The translations under genes and the position numbers were made by a program. Of a stretch of DNA of 64,000 nucleotides, positions 27,945 through 39,095 are shown piece after piece. The number at the start of each line of letters is the position of its first letter. Position 1 is the first letter of the stretch. The DNA is from an uncultured archaeon (GTDB taxonomy: Archaea; Asgardarchaeota; Lokiarchaeia; Sigyniarchaeales; SOKP01). The notes beneath the pieces are model-generated. The model saw nothing but the letters and a program-made list of their open reading frames with translations. It ran no database searches and had not been told where the DNA came from. The stretch lies in the NCBI GenBank assembly GCA_964486045.1, contig CAZALK010000017.1:1-64000 (forward strand), given 5' to 3'.

Positions 27945-29615
27945 ATGTCAGATGAAGATAATCAAGAAATTCAAGGGGAAGTTAAACCTCTCGGTCGATT
28001 AACAGGAAAAACTACGATTCATACAGTTCAGGCAGTTTTCGAGGACCGCTCAGTTGAAAAAAATAATTATTTAGTAATCTATGGGGATAAAGATGAAGAT
28101 GGAACTAGGCCTTATTTTGTATTAAGTATTACAGATATGTGGGCAGATGAAAAGGGAAGGATGGCAAAATTAAGGGTGTTGGGAGAAAGACCTAAAAGAC
28201 CTTTTGAAATTGGATCTGATATTTTTCTAGCTACAGAGGAACAGATAGCGAGAATACTTGGAATATTTAATCCTCCTGAGGAGTCACTTTTACTAGGGAA
28301 ATTAATTGGGTATCCTTACGAGGTCCATCTTCTAATAAAGAATTTTGGAAGAATATTTATTACAGGAAAATCTGGTTCTGGGAAATCTTACACTATGGGT
28401 GTCTTAATCGAAGAGTTTCTAAAAAAGGGAGTTCCTGTGGTAATATTAGATCGACATGGTGAATACGGAGCCTTAAAAGTTGCAGGAGAGGATGCTGGGG
28501 AAGGAGAAAGTGAATTTGTTGATGGGATAATTGAGTTTTCTGATTTGAAAAAAAATAAGGGTGGGGATATTGATATTGAATACTTGTTTTCTTTAAGCCC
28601 CTCGGATTTAGTCGCACCTAACCTTTGTACCATAGTAAACTTAAACGGTTTGGCTTTAGAAGTCCAAGAAGCTGTTGCAGGGAAACTTCTAAAGAAATTA
28701 TATGAATCAAGCACAACTAGAAAAATCCCTCCATTTTACTTATTCCTAGACGAAGCACATTTGTTTGCTGGAAAGAAACAAACAGAAACTTGCGAAATCG
28801 TTAAATTATTTGCCCAAGAAGGTCGAAAATTCGGAGCTAACATCGTTATAGGTACGCAGAGACCTCAATTACTAGATACTACAATAAGAGCTCAAGCAGG
28901 AACTTGGGTAGTTCACAATCTTTCAGACATTAGAGATATTGGAATTACGATTTCAAGCGCGGAAGATTTGAGCAATGAAAATAAGTCGGACATTTCTGGA
29001 TTAGATAAAGGAGAATGTATTATCTGTGGAGAAGCTGTTAGGGGGATACCACTCTTTGTTAAGATAAGAAGCAGAAGAACAAGGCATGGAGGTGTGAGTT
29101 TTAACGCCTTAGACTTCCTTTCGGATAATACTTTAGAGGAACTACAAAAACGAAAAGAAAGAATATTAGGTGGAAAATCTGCAGATGAATTGGAAACAGG
29201 TAAATCTATGTACCAAGAAATGATGGAGCCTAAAAAAACTGCAGATTACATTGATGAAATCGCTGGTTTAAAAGTAAGAATTCAAGAATTAGAGGATGAG
29301 GTGTCTAGGTTGAAGGAAAAAGTCGCTGATATAAAGGATGGGAAAGATATTCCATTAATAATTACTGATGATACAATCGGGGATCTGCAAACAGAAATAG
29401 AGGTGTGGAAAGAAAAGTATAATTATCTTAAGGAGATGGCAGAGAAAGGGGAGGGTGATATGGTTCCACTAACAGAAGATACTGAAGATTTGATAGAAAT
29501 AAATAATAAAGTAATAGAATTAGAAGCACAATTGAAGAAATATAAATCGAAATATGATGATGCTTTAATTCTGGCTGAGAAATCTATAGCAGAATTGAAG
29601 AAAACTCGTAAATAA
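27945..29615 (+). CDS. HerA/DUF87-family ATPase with a C-terminal coiled coil
   Basis: GKSGSGKS, LDRHGEY, LDEAH, EGRKFG, TQRP. Confidence 0.85.
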   Translation: MSDEDNQEIQGEVKPLGRLTGKTTIHTVQAVFEDRSVEKNNYLVIYGDKDEDGTRPYFVLSITDMWADEKGRMAKLRVLGERPKRPFEIGSDIFLATEEQIARILGIFNPPEESLLLGKLIGYPYEVHLLIKNFGRIFITGKSGSGKSYTMGVLIEEFLKKGVPVVILDRHGEYGALKVAGEDAGEGESEFVDGIIEFSDLKKNKGGDIDIEYLFSLSPSDLVAPNLCTIVNLNGLALEVQEAVAGKLLKKLYESSTTRKIPPFYLFLDEAHLFAGKKQTETCEIVKLFAQEGRKFGANIVIGTQRPQLLDTTIRAQAGTWVVHNLSDIRDIGITISSAEDLSNENKSDISGLDKGECIICGEAVRGIPLFVKIRSRRTRHGGVSFNALDFLSDNTLEELQKRKERILGGKSADELETGKSMYQEMMEPKKTADYIDEIAGLKVRIQELEDEVSRLKEKVADIKDGKDIPLIITDDTIGDLQTEIEVWKEKYNYLKEMAEKGEGDMVPLTEDTEDLIEINNKVIELEAQLKKYKSKYDDALILAEKSIAELKKTRK

Positions 29616-29721
29616 AGTTCTCCTTCAGTATTTTTTATAATTTAATTTTCTCGTTTATAAGACCAATTCTTTTTAAGAATATCTGATTATTTCTTATATA
29701 ATTATTCTGGATTTTTTAATT

Positions 29722-30810
29722 ATGAAGAGCGAAATTTTAAACATTAAGAGTATCAAAAATTATCAAAAAAAACTTTCCTCACTTATAGGTGTTTCTGGCT
29801 ATGAAGAGGAAGTTAGCAATTTTATATTAAACGAAATTGAGACCAACAACTTGGCGGATAAATCTTGGGTTGATTCTATTGGAAATGTCCTTGCTATAAA
29901 AAAAGGAGAGAATTCTGAAAGAAAAATTCTACTGGATGCTCATATCGATGAAATAGGCTTTATGGTGTCTCACATTGAGAAACGAGGGTTTTTACGATTT
30001 GTTTTAATAGGTGGGTGGGATACTAGAATTCTTTTGGGTCAATCTGTACTATTAAAATCAAATTCAGGGGAAGTTATTCACGGTATAATAGGCTCCAAAC
30101 CACCACATTTGACAACAGTTGAAGAAAGGAAAAAACAAATTCAAACTTCTAATATGTACATTGATATTGGTATGACATCAGAAAATGATGTTGAAGAGCA
30201 CAATATTTCAATTGGTACAATAGGTACTTTATTTTCTCCTTTTGTGGAGTTTCCAAACGGAATGGTACGAGGAAAAGCCTTTGATGATCGAACTGGGTGT
30301 AATATCAATCTCCATATCATGAAATTGCTAAATAATAATCCTCAAATTAAAGAGACTGTCCTTTTCAATTTTGCTGTACAAGAAGAAATAGGAGGAAAAG
30401 GAGCAATAATAGGGGCGTATAGTTTAAAACCCACCATGGCTATTGCTATTGAAAATACAACTGCTGCGGATGTTCCAGGGACAAGAGAATCAGAAATTCC
30501 TGCTTATATTGGAAAGGGGCCTGCAATAACTATTTCTGATAGGAGTTTAATCTCCAATCCTAAAGTTAATGAAAGAATTTTCAAAAATGGTGATGTCGAA
30601 AAAATCCCGTATCAGATTAAAAAACCAAGGTATGGGGGTACAGATGCAGGAAAAATCCAGATTTCTCGCGGAGGTGTACCAAGTTCAGTGATAAACGTTC
30701 CATGTAGATATATACATTCTCCTACATCACTATTAAAGCTTGAAGATATCTTCGATACTATACGGTTAGTAGATGTCTTTCTGAGAAATCCTGCCAATAT
30801 TAACCTTTAA
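29722..30810 (+). CDS. M42 family (TET) aminopeptidase
   Basis: DAHIDEIG, KAFDDR, QEEIG, GGTDAG, RYIHS. Confidence 0.92.
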   Translation: MKSEILNIKSIKNYQKKLSSLIGVSGYEEEVSNFILNEIETNNLADKSWVDSIGNVLAIKKGENSERKILLDAHIDEIGFMVSHIEKRGFLRFVLIGGWDTRILLGQSVLLKSNSGEVIHGIIGSKPPHLTTVEERKKQIQTSNMYIDIGMTSENDVEEHNISIGTIGTLFSPFVEFPNGMVRGKAFDDRTGCNINLHIMKLLNNNPQIKETVLFNFAVQEEIGGKGAIIGAYSLKPTMAIAIENTTAADVPGTRESEIPAYIGKGPAITISDRSLISNPKVNERIFKNGDVEKIPYQIKKPRYGGTDAGKIQISRGGVPSSVINVPCRYIHSPTSLLKLEDIFDTIRLVDVFLRNPANINL

Positions 30811-31120
30811 AAAAATCTCTATACTTACTCAATAATTTGATGGTTAAGGATTCCAACTAGTTTAATCCATATAACTGAATATTTCTTGAATTGTCCCGCG
30901 CCATGTGATAGCTTTAATCAACCTTTTTACCTTTAGTTATGAAAATAATCAAAAATTTATATACACACGAAAAAGTTTTAAAAATCAAAGTTTGATACGA
31001 GAATCGAGATTGTACAGAGTAAAACAAGATTATTGTTTTCATAAACTTTAAAAACAATTGTTTTATCATGTTATTACGGGTATTTTTGATTAGGGAAAAA
31101 AAAAGACGATATGGAACTAA

Positions 31121-32410
31121 ATGACAAAAAAAATAACATATTTTTTAACACTTTGTTTTTTTCTCATGATTTTTTGCTACTCACCAACTATAGCATCAGT
31201 AATAGGGGCTGAAGAACCTAAAATATCATCTTACAATAATACTAATTGGCACGATGGAAACGCAACTTCAACAAACGAGGTAATCATAACATACGAGGTA
31301 AGATATTCTCGTGCTGAGGAGTTTAGTGAAGAAACACTTTCACAAAGAATGTGGCTCTCATATCAAGATGGTACCAAGGCAAAAATGGGTATTGAATTGT
31401 TGCACTGGTTTGAAATTGGAGGATTAGATATTGCAGGACAAAACGTGTTGGATTGGGATAAAGCACTTAAATGCGAGATCACATTCTTCACCGTTTCTTA
31501 CAATGAAAATGGACGGAAAATAGAAGGAAGGCATGTTGCTCAAGGTTTTGACATATATAATGGTACTAAGGTGGATTTTGGTTATTATAATAATTCATTG
31601 GATAGTCCAGAAACTCCAAATGCTTGGGGAATGAATCCAAGTGGAGCTAATGGAGCTCCTTTCCCGCTAGCTCACATAAGGTATGGTGAGGGAAATATAA
31701 CCATCGGAGAAGTTTCTTTATCAACAAGAGGTTACACCTCTAGAGGGACAGATTATAAAGAAAGCAGGGCTGAATTTAACGTAACTCTCGACGCAGTTGT
31801 TGGAACGGATAATAACAACATCACAATGCCTGCAATTATTTCATATGAATTAATCCATAATGTAACCCATAATATGTATAAGTATGGTATAAATATGAAC
31901 TGGGCAGACAATAAAGACTTCACGACGGATGGACTAATGAATCATGGGGATGATTATTTCTTAGTTGCTAAAGATTTATTAGAATGCTTCTACGGAACTA
32001 CTGGTTCAAGCGATCTTAAACAATATTACACAGATGCGAGTGGTTTGAACAAAACAACTGTATATAAGGATCCAAACGATAATGTCCTCTTGACACAATA
32101 TTTGCATTTGACGTATAACGTTGTAAATTCAAGTGGAAGCACTGAACACGACACGGTTAGATATTATTTCTATGACGGAAGATATGAGGGTGACACCCTT
32201 AATCAATATGGATCAAACATGATGATTTTTCACGAAGGATTCAAGTGGAATGTGAGTACGGGATTTAATTTCGATCCAACCGTTATAGTGCCATGTGCAT
32301 TGTATAGCGGACTAGATAATATTCCCGGATACGATATATTCATCTTTATTGGAGTTATTGTAGGCTTTACGGGCATTATTTCGGTTTTAAAGAAGAAAAG
32401 AATGAGATAA
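31121..32410 (+). CDS. Secreted surface protein with a Loki-CTERM-like sorting tail
   Basis: N-terminal signal peptide, many N-x-S/T sequons, C-terminal IPGY + TM + KKKRMR. Confidence 0.8.
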   Translation: MTKKITYFLTLCFFLMIFCYSPTIASVIGAEEPKISSYNNTNWHDGNATSTNEVIITYEVRYSRAEEFSEETLSQRMWLSYQDGTKAKMGIELLHWFEIGGLDIAGQNVLDWDKALKCEITFFTVSYNENGRKIEGRHVAQGFDIYNGTKVDFGYYNNSLDSPETPNAWGMNPSGANGAPFPLAHIRYGEGNITIGEVSLSTRGYTSRGTDYKESRAEFNVTLDAVVGTDNNNITMPAIISYELIHNVTHNMYKYGINMNWADNKDFTTDGLMNHGDDYFLVAKDLLECFYGTTGSSDLKQYYTDASGLNKTTVYKDPNDNVLLTQYLHLTYNVVNSSGSTEHDTVRYYFYDGRYEGDTLNQYGSNMMIFHEGFKWNVSTGFNFDPTVIVPCALYSGLDNIPGYDIFIFIGVIVGFTGIISVLKKKRMR

Positions 32411-32565
32411 AAAGAAAATAAACATGAATATCAAATACCTTTTTTTTATTTATTTTTAGAAATCGAAATTAGCATATAAAAAAGTTTAAAGATATTTACG
32501 ATACCATGTGTTTAGTTGACCTTTTTCTGAAAAATCCTGTATATTTTAACATCTAATAATAATCA

Positions 32566-34014
32566 CTAAAACTCCTCAATAATTTGAGGGCTAAAAAATG
32601 AGATATGTTTAACTTTAATTCTCCTTATAAAAATTAAGGAAAATAAGTAGAAAAACCCTATAATACACCAAAGCAATATAAGAATAGTAGGATTTTCTTT
32701 ATTTGCACCGGAGAGAATAACCCCAACTATTAATGAAGCTGAAGCTGGGCCCAATGATCTTATGAATGAAGAAAACCCGTAATACGCTCCAGATATTTTT
32801 GATAAGGCAATATCTACATTTTCTTCTTCAGAATTCTCTGCTGCTTCATGTACTAAGGCTGCAGTAAGGGGAATTGAGAATAGTGGAAATGAATACATTG
32901 ATCCCAAAACTGTACTCCATGTTATGATGTATAAAACTAATTGAATGTTAAAAGAGAGGATCCGGATAAAAAAGAACATCCCTAAAAATGAACCAGTCAT
33001 ACCTAATAGTATCGCAATAGAATATGATTTCAGAATATGATTCCTCTTTCGCAGTTTCATCCATAAAATATACCATCCAAACTTCCCAAAAATTGAAATT
33101 AAGACATATATGTAAAATTGGGTCGACGTAAACTCAAGTACGTAAGTTTGGAAAGGAAATACTAGAAGACCTAATAACTTACCTGCGATACCACTAAAGA
33201 ATGCTGCAATAACAATATTTCGATAATTATTATCTCTAGCGGGTAATGTCATTTGGCGAAATCTCCCTATCAATGAGACTTTTTCTCTTTTATAATCGGT
33301 ATTTATATTATGAAAGGTTTCATCAACCGAAAAAAAGATTAAAAGAACTGAAATTACCCCAAAAATTGCGAAACATATTCCAATGATCGGTATGTAAAAG
33401 AGAACAATTTGACCAGAGTCTGTCCACCATTTAGCATTTTTGGGATCTTCAAGAAGACTTTGAATTATCAGAGGTAACATCAAGGCCACCACAGAAGCAA
33501 TTATAGCAAACGCAGATCTTACGGAAGCTACAGCTTCTCTATTTTTAAGAGTTTGGGACTGTTCCGGCAACATAGAGATATATACATTAAAAAGTAGAGA
33601 TCTGGATATAGATCTGGCAAGAATAATAACCCAGAAATAGATTGCTGTAGGTAAATAGAATGAATTTGTTGCTGGAGCCCGAGGTGGAAACCATATCAAG
33701 ATGGTTGTTATGAACCAAATTGGTAATCCAATTAATAAAAACGGTCGGCGCTTTCCCAACTTTCCTGGTTTCTTATTATCAACGATTACCCCAAAGATTA
33801 CCGCAAAAATAGCTGAAACAATTAATTGAGTAGTCACACCAATGGAGACAAGTATAGAGTCCAGATTAATTGTATAAACATAATATTGAAAAATAAATAC
33901 TCCCGTAAAGATGTTGGGTAAAGACATCCCTAAATCCCCCATTGAATATCCAAATAGCCTTCTACCGTTTAGTTCTCGTGGTGGTAAGGGTAGCGATTCT
34001 TCCATAATCATCAA
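32566..34014 (-). CDS. MFS transporter (GPH/melibiose-type)
   Basis: About 12 TM; GKRRPFLLIG motif. Confidence 0.85.
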   Translation of the reverse strand: MMIMEESLPLPPRELNGRRLFGYSMGDLGMSLPNIFTGVFIFQYYVYTINLDSILVSIGVTTQLIVSAIFAVIFGVIVDNKKPGKLGKRRPFLLIGLPIWFITTILIWFPPRAPATNSFYLPTAIYFWVIILARSISRSLLFNVYISMLPEQSQTLKNREAVASVRSAFAIIASVVALMLPLIIQSLLEDPKNAKWWTDSGQIVLFYIPIIGICFAIFGVISVLLIFFSVDETFHNINTDYKREKVSLIGRFRQMTLPARDNNYRNIVIAAFFSGIAGKLLGLLVFPFQTYVLEFTSTQFYIYVLISIFGKFGWYILWMKLRKRNHILKSYSIAILLGMTGSFLGMFFFIRILSFNIQLVLYIITWSTVLGSMYSFPLFSIPLTAALVHEAAENSEEENVDIALSKISGAYYGFSSFIRSLGPASASLIVGVILSGANKENPTILILLWCIIGFFYLFSLIFIRRIKVKHISFFSPQIIEEF

Positions 34015-34221
34015 AAATAAATGTCTTAAGATTGAAAATACAAGAGAATTGAAATGTTTATTGCTTTTTTTGTACTAAAATGTATTTTAGTGACTTGTCA
34101 TATGAAGTAAAGAAAGAAGTGATAGGAATTTCTTCGATCCACTCATTACAATTGATTTAGGGTTAGTAAAATCGTGAATTCTTAGAAAAAACTTAAATAA
34201 GGGTTTTCACTTAAATACCTT

Positions 34222-34515
34222 ATGACAAATATTACTTTTAGTGTTGATGATGATCTTCACAAAAAAATGAAGGAACATCCTGAAATTAAATGGACTGAAA
34301 TTTTACGTCAGTCCATATCAACCTATCTTAAAAAAGTAGAAGAAATTGATGTTTTATCTATAAAAGATTTCAAAAAACGATTGGATCCAGAAACACAAAA
34401 GAAAATTGATAAATTAAATGCTCAAGATGAAATTACGTTTTATGAAAAAGCAGAAAAATTGGAAGAAGAGAGATTAAAACAATTACAAGAATTAGAAAGA
34501 AGTGTAAATAAGTAA
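34222..34515 (+). CDS. RHH-type antitoxin
   Basis: MTNITFSVDDDLHKKMKEHPEIKW; stop overlaps the PIN start. Confidence 0.75.
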   Translation: MTNITFSVDDDLHKKMKEHPEIKWTEILRQSISTYLKKVEEIDVLSIKDFKKRLDPETQKKIDKLNAQDEITFYEKAEKLEEERLKQLQELERSVNK

Positions 34516-34874
34516 TGTGGTTATTGGATACAGATATGCTAATAGAATGTAATAAATTAAAAACAAGACCATTTAAAGAAGGTTTTACATTTACGACGAT
34601 TTTATCGCTTATTGAATTTCCCCTCGCTTCAAAATATAATGAGATTTCGGTAATATACCCTTCATCAATACATTATGAGAAGAGTTTTAAAAATGCAGTA
34701 TTATTGAGAGAAAAAGGTACTCCTATACCCACGATTGATATTTTGGTTGGGACAATTACTGTAGAAAAAAATCTCATATTAGTCTCTAATGATATTCATT
34801 TTAAATCTCTTCAAAAAATAGAGCCCCGCTTAAAGATAATAAATTCAGAAACCTATATTAATAATATTCAATAA
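34515..34874 (+). CDS. vapC: PIN-domain (VapC) toxin
   Basis: LLDTDML, PTIDILV, LVSNDIHF. Confidence 0.82.
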   Translation: MWLLDTDMLIECNKLKTRPFKEGFTFTTILSLIEFPLASKYNEISVIYPSSIHYEKSFKNAVLLREKGTPIPTIDILVGTITVEKNLILVSNDIHFKSLQKIEPRLKIINSETYINNIQ

Positions 34875-35078
34875 TATGGTTAAATGTTTTTGCTGGACCA
34901 CTAATTTATTTCAACCTTTAACAGGACCAGCAGATTATACTCCTTTTATACCTGAACTAATAAACTGATTTAACTAAGTTAGGTTACTTTATCATATTCG
35001 GAATGGTCTAAAATAAATTAGCATAACTAAAATAAAAAGAAATGTGGAAATTTTTTCTTACTATATTAGGGAAATCGT

Positions 35079-35963
35079 TCATTTCTCCTTATTTTTCTTT
35101 TTCTTACGGTTTTTAACCTTTTTCTGTTGTTCTACAATCACATTACTTATGAATTGTGTAGTTGTATATGCGGATTCTGCTTCACCAAGGCTTAAACCCT
35201 CCAAGTCTTTTTCTATTTCTTCAGCTTCAGTATCAGAGAACGCCATTTCAGATTTCACGTAGTCTTGGGCACTCATTTTTTGCCTATCTGTTCTCAATTC
35301 TGCTCTCTGTAGATAATAGTGACTAGTCATATGTAAGACAGTTCCGCCATCACCAAAATCAAAAGTAATTACTATTGGAGCTTCCCCATATTTCTGTTCC
35401 ATTTCTTCACTGGTTACCAACACTTTAACTTTTTCTTTATCGAGAATTTCGATTGGGTACGAGGAAGATTCTAACCACCAAATTGGGTCTTCATCGGCTT
35501 TAAATAATCCTTCTAAAAACTTATTGGTTTTATCTACGACTTGAACGGCAACACAATCATCACCAGTTGGTCGTTGGTTATATTTTACATATTCAGGAAA
35601 AATTTTTTCCAGTACATTAAGAAGGCCCCAATCCGTTGTAAAAAGAAAACCTCCTTGCTTAACAAAAGTTTGGACTTTATTTAAGCCCTCTTCATAAATG
35701 TTTCCTGGACAATTAATTATTAAGATTTGGTCTGGTTTTAGTTCGATTTGCCCGACCTCATCAGGTTGAATTAAAACAAAAGGAACTTTTATTAGGTCTA
35801 ACACTAATTCAATTTTATCATAGGATCCAGCGACGATTATAATTGAAGAATCACTTACTTCTTTCAATATCTCCAAATCCAATGGACGTTCTTTACCCAT
35901 TCGCTTCTCTAGAATTTTCGAAGATGCTTTGTACGCTTGTTCCATCTTCTTAAAATCACCCAT
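35079..35963 (-). CDS. Conserved hypothetical protein (possible class I glutamine amidotransferase-like fold)
   Basis: LIINCPG, FVKQGGFLFTTDW. Confidence 0.55.
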   Translation of the reverse strand: MGDFKKMEQAYKASSKILEKRMGKERPLDLEILKEVSDSSIIIVAGSYDKIELVLDLIKVPFVLIQPDEVGQIELKPDQILIINCPGNIYEEGLNKVQTFVKQGGFLFTTDWGLLNVLEKIFPEYVKYNQRPTGDDCVAVQVVDKTNKFLEGLFKADEDPIWWLESSSYPIEILDKEKVKVLVTSEEMEQKYGEAPIVITFDFGDGGTVLHMTSHYYLQRAELRTDRQKMSAQDYVKSEMAFSDTEAEEIEKDLEGLSLGEAESAYTTTQFISNVIVEQQKKVKNRKKKKNKEK

Positions 35964-36122
35964 AAATTACACCTCTAGTTTTTAAATATAAACTCATTTT
36001 GTTTTTAAAAAAATATGGAAATTGAGATTAATAATCTTTTCTCTATTTTCTTAATATAAAAAAATAAAAAGTTAATAAATCAAAAGACCTAATTATTTAA
36101 CAATCAGCTAATCTTCAGATAA

Positions 36123-37823
36123 TTGACAGAAATGAATAAACTTGAGATCACCAGAAAAAAAATCATGTCAATTGCCTTGTTTCTAACAATTTTCATAACA
36201 GGGACAGTTTTAATATTAATTGTTCCTATCGGTGTAAAAAGCACATACGGAAAAACTGTACAAACTGATGATGGTGTTACAATTTCATTTAATGTTTTTG
36301 AGCCAAAAAGATCGGGATTAAATAAAAAAGCTGTGATCCTAGGTCATGGTGTAATGTCAAATAAGGAAATGTTGAAGGGCTATGCTATCGAACTTGCTGC
36401 TGCTGGCTTCGTTGCTGTTCCTTTCGACTTTAGGGGGCACGGACAAAGTACAGGAACCCTTGATCGAGGGTCCTTGACAAGTGACATTGATGCGATAATT
36501 ACTTACCTAAATTCAAGGTCTGATATTGATACAAATTCCCTTGGATATTTTGGCTTTTCTATGGGTAGTTTTCCTGGAATACAAGTTGTTAACTCATCCA
36601 CGGATTTCAAATGCTTTATTGGTGCAGCAACATGGTTACCAGGAGAAGTACGGAAAGGCACCGCGATCGATCCTCTTAATATACTCATGATCCTTGGTCG
36701 GTACGATGAATTAATCACGCCAGGAAACCTCAAAATTGGATTGTCGAGCTACACAGGTATACCCATCCTTGATTTAGATGTGAATAAGCTTTATGGTAGT
36801 TTTCAAGAGGGCAATGCTTCAATGATTTATCTTGATGATAATTCTAACCATGTATTAGCCGATTGGGATACTGATGCCATACGAGAAACTAGGAATTTTG
36901 TAATGAATACGTTTCCTGATGTGAAACCTATTGATGAGAACTTTTATGCAAATATTAGACTTCTTATATTATTTATACAGCTTCTTGGTGGGTTTGGATT
37001 CTTCCTTTTGATGGTGGATCCACTCTCAAAGTTACTGGTAAAACCAAAAGAAAATGAGGTCTTTAAAATACAATTAGAAGGAGATTCAATAAGAAGTCTA
37101 TCAACAAAAACACTGGTATATTCTCTGTTGCTAGGGTTACCTGGGATTCTTATTTTTGTCCCTATTATACTCCTATTATACGTACCTATTGCTGGATTTG
37201 TATCAGCCCTTCTCTTTGGGCAGGCTTTCGGATTTCTAATCCTACTATGGAGACTAGGAAAGAAAATTGAGATGCCATTAGTTTCTATATTGAAAAAACC
37301 CTTTCAAGGATCTGGGAATAATATAATTCGACAGTTTCTACTTGGGATAATTTTAGCTATTATCAACATCATTATCATCTATCTTTCAGGTGGGTTAAAT
37401 TACATGGGAATTATTCCTTCACTTGTGAAAATACCTTGGTTATTTGTAGTTTTTCCAATTATTTTCATTATTTTCATGGTTTTTAGCCTTCTGGTACAGG
37501 GAATTCTACAAAACAAATTCGATCGAGGGATTAAAGATCTTGTGAAAGTCTCGTTATTACAATTTGGAATTCTCTTTTTGTATTGGTTTACTTATCTATT
37601 TATTATTTCTCTTGTTATGAATAGCTTTTTCTACTTTGGTTCCTTCCTACCTTTAGCGATTCCAATGTTTCTACTGATCTCTGCTTTCTCTACAATCATT
37701 TATCAGAAGAGCGGAAATATAATAGCCGGTGCTATTGTTATTGCACTTTTTTTCACGTTGCTAATCTGTACAATGTCTTCTTATCAAAGCGGGCTTAGCT
37801 TTATTATGGGATTTCTTCATTAA
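36123..37823 (+). CDS. Alpha/beta hydrolase fused to a multi-TM domain
   Basis: GHG, FDFRGHGQS, nucleophile elbow GFSMG; about 8 C-terminal TMs. Confidence 0.85.
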   Translation: MTEMNKLEITRKKIMSIALFLTIFITGTVLILIVPIGVKSTYGKTVQTDDGVTISFNVFEPKRSGLNKKAVILGHGVMSNKEMLKGYAIELAAAGFVAVPFDFRGHGQSTGTLDRGSLTSDIDAIITYLNSRSDIDTNSLGYFGFSMGSFPGIQVVNSSTDFKCFIGAATWLPGEVRKGTAIDPLNILMILGRYDELITPGNLKIGLSSYTGIPILDLDVNKLYGSFQEGNASMIYLDDNSNHVLADWDTDAIRETRNFVMNTFPDVKPIDENFYANIRLLILFIQLLGGFGFFLLMVDPLSKLLVKPKENEVFKIQLEGDSIRSLSTKTLVYSLLLGLPGILIFVPIILLLYVPIAGFVSALLFGQAFGFLILLWRLGKKIEMPLVSILKKPFQGSGNNIIRQFLLGIILAIINIIIIYLSGGLNYMGIIPSLVKIPWLFVVFPIIFIIFMVFSLLVQGILQNKFDRGIKDLVKVSLLQFGILFLYWFTYLFIISLVMNSFFYFGSFLPLAIPMFLLISAFSTIIYQKSGNIIAGAIVIALFFTLLICTMSSYQSGLSFIMGFLH

Positions 37824-37983
37824 CCAATTATCTTATAATTTTTTTTTATCAAATTTTTTAATATTCGCATCCTAAGACTACTCAATTCAAAATATAAATA
37901 TAAATTTTAAATTAGAAGGAAGCTTATTTTTTCAATGAAAAGTTCAGTTATTATTCATAATATTGTAGAATGAAGAAAGAAAA

Positions 37984-39021
37984 ATGTCTCAAGACCAAAT
38001 CCTTTGCGTATCTTATTTTGACCAAGTGATCGGACCCTCTAAATTGTATTGTAACGAACCTTTAACAGACATAGTAGGTGCGCCCGATTTAGATAGAATT
38101 CTTGAATTTAATGAGGAAGAAGGTACATTTATCTTTGCTTACAGAAAATATCAGACTGTGAATCATCTTTTCTATATAGATTCAAATTTCGCGCGAGGTG
38201 GGAAAGATTTGTTAATGATCACCTTTATGATAAAAACTGCCATTTTTAAGGACGAAATAGTTGATGTATTTAAGTACTTAGACTCTAAAACGCCAATTCT
38301 AGAAGATTTCGCAGAGGATATAAAAAACTTAAATGAAATCACCTCCTTATTACACGTGAAAAAGAATGGACTCTCCGAAGAGAACGTTATAAATTTTGCT
38401 GATGAAGAACTTAAAATATCTTTTCTGGAGGTCTACAATCAATATTTTCAAAAATTAACCCCAGAATATCGATTAGAAACTCCTATTAAAAGTAAAAAAC
38501 AGATTAAAAAGATATTCATTGTTGGAGCGACAAAAACAGGAAAAAAAACCTTACTAAAAAATATTGAGTTAATACAATTTATAAATATAAAAAATAATGA
38601 CATACCTACAAGAATTTATGAGATTATAATTGAAAATCTTGAGATTTTATATTTTGACCAAGTTAAATGTGAGTTTGGGTGTAAAGCTTTTGATTCCTAT
38701 GAAGACTGCTTAAAACACGCACAAGGTTTGATTTTGGTTCTTAAAATTTCCGATAAGAATTCAATTCTGGAAACTAAAAATATGTTTCAAATTATCGAGG
38801 ATAAATCTGTTGAAATTAATACAGATTCAATCCCTATTTTAATAATTGGCAACAAATTTAGACATGATCATGACGACAAAACAGAATTTATTCATAAAAC
38901 TTTTGAAATAGAAAGATTAAAAGAAAATGGAAGAAGGATCAAGTATTTTCCTATCAAAATTTTAGAAGAAGATCAGAAAGTTATGAAAGCCCTTCGATGG
39001 ATGATTAAGAACATTTTGTAA
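37984..39021 (+). CDS. Longin/uDENN-like N-terminal domain fused to a degenerate small-GTPase domain
   Basis: YFDQVIGP N-terminus; GATKTGKKT P-loop, ILIIGNKF (G4-like), no DxxG. Confidence 0.6.
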   Translation: MSQDQILCVSYFDQVIGPSKLYCNEPLTDIVGAPDLDRILEFNEEEGTFIFAYRKYQTVNHLFYIDSNFARGGKDLLMITFMIKTAIFKDEIVDVFKYLDSKTPILEDFAEDIKNLNEITSLLHVKKNGLSEENVINFADEELKISFLEVYNQYFQKLTPEYRLETPIKSKKQIKKIFIVGATKTGKKTLLKNIELIQFINIKNNDIPTRIYEIIIENLEILYFDQVKCEFGCKAFDSYEDCLKHAQGLILVLKISDKNSILETKNMFQIIEDKSVEINTDSIPILIIGNKFRHDHDDKTEFIHKTFEIERLKENGRRIKYFPIKILEEDQKVMKALRWMIKNIL

Positions 39022-39095
39022 TATTATAACTAGACTCAATTTTATTTAATGTTCGCTTAACAAATCTTTTAAATTATATTAAATTTCCTTAATAG

